IMG/VR virus record: IMGVR_UViG_3300033177_000258
Length of the DNA stretch: 64,000 bases
DNA from: a virus
Lineage: Duplodnaviria; Caudoviricetes
Strand: one strand, 5' to 3'
The notes below the pieces were generated by a model. That model saw only the letters and a list, made by a program, of their open reading frames with translations, did no database searches and was not told where the DNA came from. The position numbers were made by a program, and so were the translations under genes. Below are positions 19,522 through 28,676 of this stretch, piece after piece (position 1 is the first letter of the stretch; every line of letters starts with the position of its first letter).

Positions 19522-20224
19522 GTTTGATGCGCAACTGGCGGCAATGGCGGCGGTCGCCCTTTCCGACCCCGAACACGGGGAGGCCTTGGCGTGGCACGTG
19601 GTCTCCCTGCAGGCAAACCAGGAGCCGCTCTTTGTGCCGGTAGGAAGGGGCGACCTGGCGAAGCTCCGTGCGCTGCGTCGCGATAGGGTCGGAGAGGTAT
19701 CCGACATGCGTATGGCGCGGCCACCTTTCTGTCTGTTAGCCAAAGCTCAACTGGGGGAGACCCCATGCGCGCACTACCCGGCTTTGGGTGAGCTCCTCTT
19801 ACAGCAGCCGGCCGGCACCGTCTACAGCCCGCTTTGCCAAGCGCTCGGGATGCCAGACGAACACCTGGCCGCCAGGATGGCATGGCGGGCCGTCTGGGGC
19901 TGTATCTACGAAGCGGTGACGGCCTGCACCAAAGGCTGGCAGCCGGACGGCGAGGTTTGGATGGTGGGCCCCTGGGCCAAGCTCACGGCGATGGTCTGGG
20001 AGACCCCGGTCTTCCCGGTAGAGTACCCGGTTTTCTTGGAGAAGGCAAGGCAGCAGGCGAAGGCTTCTTGGTTGAAGTTTCTGCAAGAAACAAAAAGTGC
20101 TTGCACAAGAAGCGCCCCCCGTGTTATATTCGACCCCATCGCAGTTGACTGTCGTCGTCTCAGCATAGAAGGCACACGTTTGCTGAGAAGTGCGGGGGTC
20201 CTTATCCGGCGAGAGATAGCATAG
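19514..20224 (+). CDS. Hypothetical protein
   Basis: Operon-coupled ORF. Confidence 0.6.
   Translation: MTEFDAQLAAMAAVALSDPEHGEALAWHVVSLQANQEPLFVPVGRGDLAKLRALRRDRVGEVSDMRMARPPFCLLAKAQLGETPCAHYPALGELLLQQPAGTVYSPLCQALGMPDEHLAARMAWRAVWGCIYEAVTACTKGWQPDGEVWMVGPWAKLTAMVWETPVFPVEYPVFLEKARQQAKASWLKFLQETKSACTRSAPRVIFDPIAVDCRRLSIEGTRLLRSAGVLIRREIA
20101..20130 (+). promoter_or_regulatory. Internal promoter upstream of replication genes
   Basis: TTGCAC-N18-TATATT with TG extension and AT-rich upstream. Confidence 0.45.
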
Positions 20225-20225
20225 A

Positions 20226-21341
20226 ATGCAGACACGCGACGAAGCAACATTCTTCGGCGGCCCTAACAACAGCCCACGACGGCAAGTCTTCTGGAACGCC
20301 CATCGGGTTCTCAAGGAACTCAGTGGGCAAGGGCCAGATTCGTGGGAAGAAGTAGTGGAAGCCGGTTTCAACCGAGGGCTGGACAAGCTCATGGCCCCTC
20401 TAGCCACCGCGCTTGAAGCCCACGGTGAAGAGTACGTGGTGGCGTTTCTGGAAAGGCTCGCTCCTACCAGTGGCCTCCACACCTATAGCAAGACCTCCCT
20501 GCGCGACCTCATCGCGCGTTGGGCGGCGGCGTTCACGGCGTCCGTCAGCGCTGCTGCCTCCCAGGCACCGACTGGCGCCCTGGTCCTCTCAGAACCCAAA
20601 CCCGACGACGCGCGCAGCATCATCAGCGCCACCTACAGCCAGTACGAACTACTGGGCGCGCTGCTGCAACTCGTGCGAGACAAAGCCAAGCGCGGCGGCG
20701 TTGAAGTCCTGGATGGGCTGGGCCCGCCCTGGTTGGAAGCCCGGCTCTGTCACTCTCTTTGCATCAAGTCCCCCCGCAACCTGATGGACGCCATCGCTTA
20801 CATCGAAGGTCTTGATGGTGGCGGGAGCTCTCTGGTGAGAACCGGGGAGGAAGAACGGTACTTCCTGAAGACGGCCTACCAGCAAGCGTTCGGCATCTAC
20901 GTCTGCGAGCGCTGGGCGACGGGCATCATCGAAGTCACGGATGCCCCCGAGGAATCGTCAGTCATCATTGCCGGCAAGGTGGATGTTGACGTGTCCCAGC
21001 CCTACATCACCAACCTGTTCTCTTCCACCTACCTGACGGTCGTCAAGAGCTGGTGTGACCTTTGTCGCACGCACAACGTGCACGTTCAGACAGCCACATT
21101 CGTCGCCTACTGCCGGCTGTACGGCGGGGCGGCCATGGAGAACATCGTCGGCCACATGGAGGACAAGGGGCAGTTCCCCTCCGCCCACATGATTCCTCGC
21201 GTGGCCTACGAACTGTACGGGGAGAACCCTTGGGTCATCGCTCACAACAAGGTTAAGGAGCGCATCAACCTACTTGCGAACGAGGCCCCCGTGGGTCTCA
21301 TGGAGTTGCTTAATGGCGCAGTCCGCTTTCACACCACCTAG
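20226..21341 (+). CDS. Hypothetical protein upstream of helicase (possible initiator/loader)
   Basis: ORF and position only. Confidence 0.6.
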   Translation: MQTRDEATFFGGPNNSPRRQVFWNAHRVLKELSGQGPDSWEEVVEAGFNRGLDKLMAPLATALEAHGEEYVVAFLERLAPTSGLHTYSKTSLRDLIARWAAAFTASVSAAASQAPTGALVLSEPKPDDARSIISATYSQYELLGALLQLVRDKAKRGGVEVLDGLGPPWLEARLCHSLCIKSPRNLMDAIAYIEGLDGGGSSLVRTGEEERYFLKTAYQQAFGIYVCERWATGIIEVTDAPEESSVIIAGKVDVDVSQPYITNLFSSTYLTVVKSWCDLCRTHNVHVQTATFVAYCRLYGGAAMENIVGHMEDKGQFPSAHMIPRVAYELYGENPWVIAHNKVKERINLLANEAPVGLMELLNGAVRFHTT

Positions 21342-22800
21342 TCGTGAAGAACAACAAGCACTCATAGCGGCAGCCTTTCTCCTTGAGGGAGCGGCGGAGC
21401 AACTTGCAGAAGCTAAGCTGACCAACCTGGCCTTTGTTGAGCCACTGTATCAGGCGCTGTACCAGTTGGTCTGCCGTCTTCAGCAGCAGGACCGCCAACC
21501 TCTTCTCAGCGAGGTCGCCCACCGCGCGTCGTTCGTCGCCGTCGTGGGCCAGATACTGCAGCAGACCGAGGCGCACTCTCTGAACTTCTGGCGCCAGATT
21601 ATGCACGCTGGCTCCCACGTCCATCGCGCAGAGTTCAGGGCACTGATTTCTCGCTTCAAGCAGTACGAGCGCTATGAGAGCCTGAAGTCCACCCTGCCTG
21701 AAGTCTCGACCCTGGTCACGGGCTTTGAGCAGGGGGATGTGGGTCTCGACAAGCTGGTGGGCCCGCTCGAAAAGCTCGTCATCGAGGCGCGCTCTCTCAA
21801 CACCCTGGTGCAGGGTACACCGGCCGAGCGCTGGCCCATCCTGTCGGCTACCATCGGGGACCTGGACGGAGAGTTCGTGACGACCGGCTTCCCCGACTGG
21901 GACCGCCTCATCACGAAGTCGGGAGCCAAGACCGGCCAGCCGCTCGGGAGCATCCACTTCATGTCTGCCCCGGCAGGTCACGGTAAGTCAACACTGCTCC
22001 GGTCTCTGCTGAAACAGCAGTGCTTTGGATTCAACTATCCCACCTGCTACTTCAACTTCGAGATTTCGGAGCGAGAGTTCGTAGAAGACATGTTCGCCGC
22101 TGTCATGAACATCAGCCCCTACCAGAAATGGGACTGGATAAAGCGGTTCGAGGCGGACGGCATAGACCGCAACACCTCCTTGGCCAAGTGGGACGAGACC
22201 CGCAAGATGTTCGCCGAGTACATGGTCCAACTGGCGACCCGGAACATCTTCGATGTCATCCACCACATGGCGTTCGAGCTGGAGGAAGTGCAGACCATCA
22301 TTGAGACGCGCTACCGCCAGGGCTACCGCATCTTCATGATAGACACCATCAACCGCATCAAGCACCGCAACGCGCGCGGGCAGCGGCACGACGAGCTGGA
22401 GACCATCATCTACGCGCTGGAACAGCAGGCGCTCCGCCTGAACTGCATCATCAACTGTGCAGCCCAGGAGAACCGGGACAAGTGGAAGCGGGTAGATAAG
22501 ACCCCCACTGTCGCCGACTTGGCCGGCGCCTCCGCCATTGAGAAGGCGGCCTACAGCGTGACGCAGTTGTACCGTACCGACTACTACACGGGTGGTCAGG
22601 TGGACTACTCCGAGGGCATCATCACCAAGGCGCGTGGGCGCGGGGTCAGCAAGGACAGCCGGTTCCGGCTTCTCTTCTCTCGCCAGAACCATTGCTACAT
22701 CCCGTACCCGGAAAGCCAGGGCGACAAGGTGGTTGTCGCTGGTGGAGCAACCGCTTCACTGCCGCCCATGGGTGGGGCCGTCATTTCGTCGGGAGGGTAA
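21313..22800 (+). CDS. DnaB-like replicative helicase
   Basis: TTGFPDWD, Walker A APAGHGKS, FMIDTI, AAQENR, DLAGASAIE, K.RGR. Confidence 0.85.
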   Translation: MAQSAFTPPSREEQQALIAAAFLLEGAAEQLAEAKLTNLAFVEPLYQALYQLVCRLQQQDRQPLLSEVAHRASFVAVVGQILQQTEAHSLNFWRQIMHAGSHVHRAEFRALISRFKQYERYESLKSTLPEVSTLVTGFEQGDVGLDKLVGPLEKLVIEARSLNTLVQGTPAERWPILSATIGDLDGEFVTTGFPDWDRLITKSGAKTGQPLGSIHFMSAPAGHGKSTLLRSLLKQQCFGFNYPTCYFNFEISEREFVEDMFAAVMNISPYQKWDWIKRFEADGIDRNTSLAKWDETRKMFAEYMVQLATRNIFDVIHHMAFELEEVQTIIETRYRQGYRIFMIDTINRIKHRNARGQRHDELETIIYALEQQALRLNCIINCAAQENRDKWKRVDKTPTVADLAGASAIEKAAYSVTQLYRTDYYTGGQVDYSEGIITKARGRGVSKDSRFRLLFSRQNHCYIPYPESQGDKVVVAGGATASLPPMGGAVISSGG

Positions 22801-22806
22801 AGCCTC

Positions 22807-24078
22807 ATGAACGAGCAGGCCGTGCGACAGACGTACAGCATACTGGGCCACAAGATTGGCACCCACATCCGCATGCTGGACCCCAAAGGCGAGCGCCGCC
22901 CCCAGATGCTGGATGTCCAGGGAGAGGAAGAGTTCGTGCGCGCTTGCGCGGAGGCCGGCGAAGACTGGCACATCTACGTGGGCTGCAACGAGCGCGTCTC
23001 GGCTGGCGCCAACGGGGTCATGTCCATCGGCAGCGTCCTGATTGACATTGACCCGCAACTGGCCGGCAACGAGGGCACCAAGTGGGCCATCGCGGCCGCC
23101 GAGACCATCGCGCGGTACTCCATCGCCGAGAATATCCATGAGTACCCATTGGTGGCCTGCAGCGGCAACGGCGCCTACGTGTGGTTCTGCACGCCCCGCA
23201 TCCCGCCCGGAGACACGGCGGAGCGCCAGTCGCTCCGGTTGGCTCTGCGCAAGCTCGGGCTCTATCTGGCCGAGAAGGTCGCCGACTTCCCGGTCAAGGT
23301 AGACGTGCAGGTGACGGCCGACATCGCCCGCATCATCCGGGTCATTGGGACCCGCAACATCAAGGGCCGCTACGCCGACAGCGAGGCCGGCCTCGATGCT
23401 CGCTGGGCCAAAATGAGCTTCTGGCTCTTCCCGCCCAAGCGGCACGAGAGCCCGAACTTCTGGCCCTTCGTGGAGGCGCTCCGCGAGCGCTACAAGCACA
23501 AGGACGTAGACGCTACCCACATTCTTCCTGTGCCGGCACCAGGCGCTCTTGACTTCTTTTTCAAGAACTGCCCGCGCATGGCCAGCTTGGCCGGTCGCAG
23601 CAACACCATGGGAGACCTCAACGAACTGGAGGACTACCAGCTCTGGCTGAGCTTCGGAGCCAACCTGGTCAAAGCCTGCGGTCAGATTGGCGCCGCAGAG
23701 TGGAAACGGGTCTCCGAGCAGGCCCCGAAGTTCGACCCTTGGAACTTCGATGAAAGCAACTCTCGGAACAAAGTGCAGGAGGTGATTCACTGGAACGGCC
23801 CGCCCACGTGCGCCAACATGGGGTGCAACATCGCGGGCAACCCCAACTGCCCCAAAGCCCCCGCTGGCTGGGCGTTCAGATACGCTGGGGCGCTCGTGAC
23901 AGCCGCACGCTTCGACGGCATCCCGCCGCACATGATGGAAGCTCGCCTGATGCAGCTTCTGCTGGACTCAGACTTCCACATGGAACAGGCGCTTGATGCA
24001 CAGACGACAGCCGACCAGAGACTGCACATTGAGACGGTCGGACAGATTCGGGAACTGCTATACGGCCGGCTTCGCTGA
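22807..24078 (+). CDS. Primase (AEP/prim-pol-like with C-terminal PriCT-like domain)
   Basis: IDID, SGNGAYVW, RIIRVIGT.N; Cys-rich C-terminus; next to helicase. Confidence 0.7.
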   Translation: MNEQAVRQTYSILGHKIGTHIRMLDPKGERRPQMLDVQGEEEFVRACAEAGEDWHIYVGCNERVSAGANGVMSIGSVLIDIDPQLAGNEGTKWAIAAAETIARYSIAENIHEYPLVACSGNGAYVWFCTPRIPPGDTAERQSLRLALRKLGLYLAEKVADFPVKVDVQVTADIARIIRVIGTRNIKGRYADSEAGLDARWAKMSFWLFPPKRHESPNFWPFVEALRERYKHKDVDATHILPVPAPGALDFFFKNCPRMASLAGRSNTMGDLNELEDYQLWLSFGANLVKACGQIGAAEWKRVSEQAPKFDPWNFDESNSRNKVQEVIHWNGPPTCANMGCNIAGNPNCPKAPAGWAFRYAGALVTAARFDGIPPHMMEARLMQLLLDSDFHMEQALDAQTTADQRLHIETVGQIRELLYGRLR

Positions 24079-24119
24079 GCGAAGCGCGGTCAGATAGAAC
24101 CAACACACGGAGGTAGGAC

Positions 24120-25049
24120 ATGTACGCACAGCAGCAGCCGCAGATTTACGCCAACCAGGTGTACCTCATGGGGGTCATCCGCCGCGTCAACGTGTCGGAG
24201 AAGTTCGGGAGTATGACCCTCAACACCCTGCGCTACGGGCAGAAGAATGGCCAGCCCATCACCCTGCCGCGCAACTTCCTCATCAACTCGTTCGCCGACA
24301 CGGCGGCCCTGCCCGCCTTGCAGCAAGGACAGCCGCAGATTGGCATGGTCGTTGAGGTCTGGGGAGAGCTCGACTTCGGCAAGGTGGGAGGCCAGGACAG
24401 CGAGACCGTCACCCTAGTGCGCGCCACCAACATCGTCGTCCACCCCGAGTTCGGTCTGCAGAACGTGATGGAGTATTCCAATGGCTCCGTCGTGGCCGTC
24501 AGTCCGCAGGACATCGCCTACCAGCAGCAGATGAAGCAGGCCCAGGCGCAGCAGCATGCACCGCAGCCCGGCTATGCCCCGCAGCCCGGCTATGCCCCGC
24601 AGCCGGCCCCGGCTCCGCAGTACGCGCCGCAGCCGGCCCCGGCTCCGCAGTACGCGCCGCAGCCGGTCCCGGCTCCGCAGTACGCCCCGCATCCGGTCCC
24701 GGCTCCGCAGTACGCCCCGCAGCCGGCCCCGGCTCCGCAGTACGCGCCGCAGCCCGCCCCGGCCCCGGCCCAAGCTCCCGCGCCGCAGCCCGCCCCGGCC
24801 CCGGCCCAAGCTCCCGCGCCGCAGCCCGCCCCGGCCCCGGCCCAAGCTCCCGCGCCGCAGCCCGCCCCGGCCCCCGTGGCTCCCGGCCAAGTGGTGCCGC
24901 CCCCGGTAGCGCCGCAGCCGCAGAGCCCGATGCCCGAGAAGGCGCAGGTCGCGCCGCCGCAGGCCACTGGCCCAATCGTTCCTCCCGCCAATGCGGGAGT
25001 GCCCACCGTACCCTATCCGCCTGAGTTGGACCAGGCTACCCAGGGATAG
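24120..25049 (+). CDS. SSB-like OB-fold protein with long Pro/Gln/Ala repeat tail
   Basis: NQVYLMG, G..VEVWGEL; replication context. Confidence 0.65.
   Translation: MYAQQQPQIYANQVYLMGVIRRVNVSEKFGSMTLNTLRYGQKNGQPITLPRNFLINSFADTAALPALQQGQPQIGMVVEVWGELDFGKVGGQDSETVTLVRATNIVVHPEFGLQNVMEYSNGSVVAVSPQDIAYQQQMKQAQAQQHAPQPGYAPQPGYAPQPAPAPQYAPQPAPAPQYAPQPVPAPQYAPHPVPAPQYAPQPAPAPQYAPQPAPAPAQAPAPQPAPAPAQAPAPQPAPAPAQAPAPQPAPAPVAPGQVVPPPVAPQPQSPMPEKAQVAPPQATGPIVPPANAGVPTVPYPPELDQATQG
24560..24875 (+). repeat. Coding tandem repeats (18, 30 and 36 bp units)
   Basis: PQPGYA x2, PQPAPAPQYA x5, PQPAPAPAQAPA x3. Confidence 0.9.
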
Positions 25050-25085
25050 GGTCGGCCGTCAAGCAGGAGGCTTCGAAGATGTCTA

Positions 25086-25697
25086 ATGCCCAAAAGGATG
25101 GATGAAGCGGTCGCCGTTCTTCTGCGGACCATCAAGAGTGTGAACTCCAAGCCCGTAGAAGAGCAGACCGAGGAAGAGAAGAAGCAAGCCGCCGACGCGT
25201 TCGGTCGCCTCGTGAAAACGGGTGAGAAGTTCATACGGTTCTGGACGCGCAAGATGATATTGTGCGGCAAAGACGAAGGGGAAGCCAAGAGCTGGGTCAT
25301 CATGTGGCTGCACGAAATAGCCATGACCCACAACATGGACAATCCCTTCTTTTGGGCAAGCGCCGCTTTCTGCATCAACCGGAAACGGCAGCACTATGTG
25401 GATGCTGTCAGGAAACAGAACGACCGGGAGTTCGTGATGGACGTGGCCAAGGACGAAGCCTGTCAGGCTGTCCCCTGCGACCAGAGCGCCTCCCGGCAAA
25501 CGAATATCCTGGCGTCCCAAGTGAACAACGCTGTAGACCGGGTGCTGGATGCTGAAGAGCGAGAGCTCCTGTACTGGGTGGTGGACGGCGGGACGTACAA
25601 AGACTTCGCATCCATGAAGGGCATCTCTGCCCGCGAAGTCTCACAGCGCATGGGAGCCATTCGCAACAAAGTCAAAGCACAGGTCGGAGAACTCTAA
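25086..25697 (+). CDS. Sigma-factor-like/HTH transcription regulator
   Basis: C-terminal region-4-like HTH (LDAEERELL...G.TYKDFA...GIS...V). Confidence 0.6.
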   Translation: MPKRMDEAVAVLLRTIKSVNSKPVEEQTEEEKKQAADAFGRLVKTGEKFIRFWTRKMILCGKDEGEAKSWVIMWLHEIAMTHNMDNPFFWASAAFCINRKRQHYVDAVRKQNDREFVMDVAKDEACQAVPCDQSASRQTNILASQVNNAVDRVLDAEERELLYWVVDGGTYKDFASMKGISAREVSQRMGAIRNKVKAQVGEL

Positions 25698-25698
25698 C

Positions 25699-26877
25699 AT
25701 GGCAACTGCTGATTACGAGAAGTTCGACGGCGCCCTATCACCAACCGGGGTACAGACATACATCCAGTGCCCCCTGAAGTGGTACCGGCGCTACAGGGAA
25801 GGCAAGAGGGAGTCGGCGACGGCCGCCATGATGATTGGAACCGTCTGCCATGGCGCCATGGAGCGCTTCACCAAGGCCAAGGGACAGGAGACCATCGAGA
25901 ACTGCCTCAACCAGTCCATGGCCGCCAACGACATCATCGAGTTCGGCGACTTCGCGGCCTGCCAGAAGATGGTCAAGATTGGTGCGGAGACGGTGGACCA
26001 CAACCGACTGCTCGCGACCGAGCAGTCCTTTGCGTTCCCCTTCGGGGATGTGAACATCACGGGCTTCATTGACCGGGTGGACCGCATCTCGGACGACACC
26101 ATCGAGGTCATTGACTACAAGACGGGTCTCAACCCGAAGTCGTCTTGGGAAATGGAAAGCGACCTGCAGTTGGCCATGTACTACGTGGCCGCGCGCGGGC
26201 TCTGGCCCCAATTCCCCAACGTCATCACCAGTCTGCTCTACCTGCGCACCGGCAAGAAGGTGACGCAGGGCGGGGAAGACGAGTTGGTACCCCGGCTCTA
26301 CGAGTACCTGCGGGGTGTCGTGGACCGCATCGAGGCTGGCCAGTTCGCCCCGCGCATCAACCGCTACTGTGTGTACTGCCACGTGAAGCACGAGTGCGAG
26401 GAGTACATGAAGCTGGACGAGCGGCTGCGCGCCCTGCTGGAGCAGCCCACCACCGACCCGGCAGCGGCCTTCGCTCGCTACGAGCGCTTTGCCGAAATCA
26501 GCTCCACCTCCGAGAAGGAGAAGAAGGGGCTCCAGGAGCAGCTCATTGCTCAGATGGAGGCGGCCGGCGTTGGCGAACAGACGGTTGGCGAGCGGGTATA
26601 CTCCACGACCCAGCGGGTGACGCGAGACACCGACACGCGCATCGCGTTCAACATCCTGCAGAACTACGGCGTGCCCATGGAGGAAATCCTGGCGGCCATG
26701 TCGTTCGGGGCTTCGGCTCTCGATGAACTGCTGGAGCGTCACGCGGCGCACCTGCCAGGACTGGAGGACACCATCAAGACGGCCCAACGGATGAAAGCCA
26801 CTTCGTCGTGGCTCACATCGAAAGCGCTTACCCCCAAGCTGCGCAAGGGCAGCGGCGGCGGCCGGCGCAAGTCGTAA
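25699..26877 (+). CDS. PD-(D/E)XK RecB/Cas4-like exonuclease
   Basis: SPT..CP, GT..H, GFIDRVD, IDYKTG, QL..Y, C.YC....C. Confidence 0.88.
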   Translation: MATADYEKFDGALSPTGVQTYIQCPLKWYRRYREGKRESATAAMMIGTVCHGAMERFTKAKGQETIENCLNQSMAANDIIEFGDFAACQKMVKIGAETVDHNRLLATEQSFAFPFGDVNITGFIDRVDRISDDTIEVIDYKTGLNPKSSWEMESDLQLAMYYVAARGLWPQFPNVITSLLYLRTGKKVTQGGEDELVPRLYEYLRGVVDRIEAGQFAPRINRYCVYCHVKHECEEYMKLDERLRALLEQPTTDPAAAFARYERFAEISSTSEKEKKGLQEQLIAQMEAAGVGEQTVGERVYSTTQRVTRDTDTRIAFNILQNYGVPMEEILAAMSFGASALDELLERHAAHLPGLEDTIKTAQRMKATSSWLTSKALTPKLRKGSGGGRRKS

Positions 26878-26910
26878 CCATCACTCCTCAAGGAACGGAG
26901 AACAAGGACC

Positions 26911-27132
26911 ATGTGGGAAAAGATTAGGCAGGCTATCCGGCAATTCAGCGTTGAGCGTCTCGGGCTGGTCGTTGAGAAGACCAACCTGGAGCAGAAGAAG
27001 GACAAGGACGGCATTGACGTGGTGAAGGTCACCATCGTGCTGACCGGCACCAAGGAGCAGCTCGAACTGGCGGCGGCCGCCATCCCCGACAGCATCTTCA
27101 GCTACGGCGAAGACGAGGAAGACGGCGGGTAG
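26911..27132 (+). CDS. Small hypothetical protein
   Basis: RBS AAGGA, GC3-rich codons. Confidence 0.65.
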   Translation: MWEKIRQAIRQFSVERLGLVVEKTNLEQKKDKDGIDVVKVTIVLTGTKEQLELAAAAIPDSIFSYGEDEEDGG

Positions 27133-27147
27133 CAAACCCGCCTCGCG

Positions 27148-27837
27148 GTGAACATAATGGGCGTAGGCATTGGTAGCGCGAACTCTGAAGAGTTCGACAG
27201 ATTTCTGGAGAGACTGTCCAATAGCAGCGCGACCGACCGGGTAGATGCGCTGGTGACCTTGGCTGTCAGCAACCCGGAGAGTGCCTACGCCCTTTTGATT
27301 CATGCCCTGGCTACACCCCAGGAGTTCGTGAGCTTCATCGAGCGGGTGAGCCAGCAGCGCGGCATAGGCTCTGGTTTGAAGCGCGCCCTCACGGCTGTTC
27401 TTTCTTCAGCTCCTCCGAACTGGTTTGTTGGCCTGCCGGCCATCGAGTCTTTGGACGGCCGGGAGTGGAGCTGGCGCAAGGTTGTCCAGATACTACATCC
27501 GAAGGGTAGCAACTTCGAGCAGGAGTTGCGGTTCGCCTACATGGCGGGAGCAATACCTGAAGCGGGGCGTATCGAAGCAGAGCGGCTTATCGAGGTGATT
27601 GGCATTGGCAGACCTCATTCAGGTCCAGGTCAAAGGAACACACTGGCGACTGGGATTCGTGGCGTCAGCACCTGGTTTCAACCAGTACAAGCAGGAGGAC
27701 CTGGAGACATTGTGCGAGCAGGCGGGGGCGACGCTGATGGCGATGCTGCTGATGCCTCAGCATGCTCAGGAGAGCTTCCAGATGCTGAGGGACATGCAGT
27801 TCCGCCTGGCGGAGAAAGCCCAGAACCAGTTGGATAG
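27148..27837 (+). CDS. Truncated TROVE-like protein (no vWA); 3' part overlaps next gene
   Basis: RGIGSGLKRAL and WSWRKVVQILHPK resemble Ro60 helices. Confidence 0.5.
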   Translation: MNIMGVGIGSANSEEFDRFLERLSNSSATDRVDALVTLAVSNPESAYALLIHALATPQEFVSFIERVSQQRGIGSGLKRALTAVLSSAPPNWFVGLPAIESLDGREWSWRKVVQILHPKGSNFEQELRFAYMAGAIPEAGRIEAERLIEVIGIGRPHSGPGQRNTLATGIRGVSTWFQPVQAGGPGDIVRAGGGDADGDAADASACSGELPDAEGHAVPPGGESPEPVG

Positions 27838-27850
27838 AGGACAGACCTAA
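27599..27850 (+). CDS. Small hypothetical protein
   Basis: GAGGTGA RBS, TTG start, TAATG coupling. Confidence 0.55.
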   Translation: MALADLIQVQVKGTHWRLGFVASAPGFNQYKQEDLETLCEQAGATLMAMLLMPQHAQESFQMLRDMQFRLAEKAQNQLDRGQT

Positions 27851-28335
27851 TGCCGCGCGGCAGGATGAAGCAGAAGACCAAGGACGAACTCAGAGAAGAG
27901 CTGCGGCTGGCGAAGGAGCGAGAGGCCGCGCTTCGTGACGAGTTGGCCGCCCTGCGCGAGGGCGTCTTGGGCGCCGCGTCGGATGCTCCCATCGTTGTTG
28001 TCGTGGGGCTGAGCGAGACCTTCGAGCCATTCATGGAAGCTGTCCGCCCCGTGCCGGTTCCCGCGTTCGCTATGGATGCTATGGCGGCGCATCTATCCCG
28101 CATGTCTGCCGCGTCATCGCACCGCGAGGTGGATGATGTCGGCCCCAGGGTCACCCAGACTGAAACCCACATCCGCGAGCTCTACAAGCGTATTGGCGAA
28201 TTGTCCGAAGTCCAGCAGAAGACGATGGAGTCGCTGGGGGGTTTGTCGGCCCTGATTAGGAGCATCGTGGATGGCAGGGAGCTGGGCATCTTCGGTGGAG
28301 AGGAGCAGCAAACGTCAACTACTGTTGGGCCCTAA
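27850..28335 (+). CDS. Coiled-coil hypothetical protein, 3' end runs into cassette E2
   Basis: Coupled ORF. Confidence 0.6.
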   Translation: MPRGRMKQKTKDELREELRLAKEREAALRDELAALREGVLGAASDAPIVVVVGLSETFEPFMEAVRPVPVPAFAMDAMAAHLSRMSAASSHREVDDVGPRVTQTETHIRELYKRIGELSEVQQKTMESLGGLSALIRSIVDGRELGIFGGEEQQTSTTVGP

Positions 28336-28627
28336 AAACCCGCAGCTCGCAGCTAGCGAAACAACCGCCGCCGCGTATGGCTGATTGACTGCAGCCCTGC
28401 GGCCAATTTCGACCGCAGCGAAGTGGTCGGCTGGCCCAGCGAGACCGCACGACACACAGAGAAACTGGTCGCGAGTAGGACGGCTCTCCTTCGCGACATG
28501 GCCGCACCCAGGACAAGTACGGCTGGTGTTCCTGGGGTCTTCCTTGACAAACGGCACACCAGACAGGGCGGCCTTGTATTCCACTGATAACGGAGCATTG
28601 ACAGTAAATGAGCGAAAAAGGTTATGC
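28298..28627 (-). ncRNA. Cassette E2: tnpB-less omega-RNA unit (E1/E4/E6 family) with putative guide at 28313-28298
   Basis: About 265 bp matching the tnpB 3' end, ending AGTAGTTGAC at 28314; 5' leader GCATAACCTTTTTCG...GGAATAC shared with E4. Confidence 0.75.
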
Positions 28628-28676
28628 TTCTTGCCCCACTGCGTCTGAAGTCTCGCGGCATCATGAGGGTAAGATT

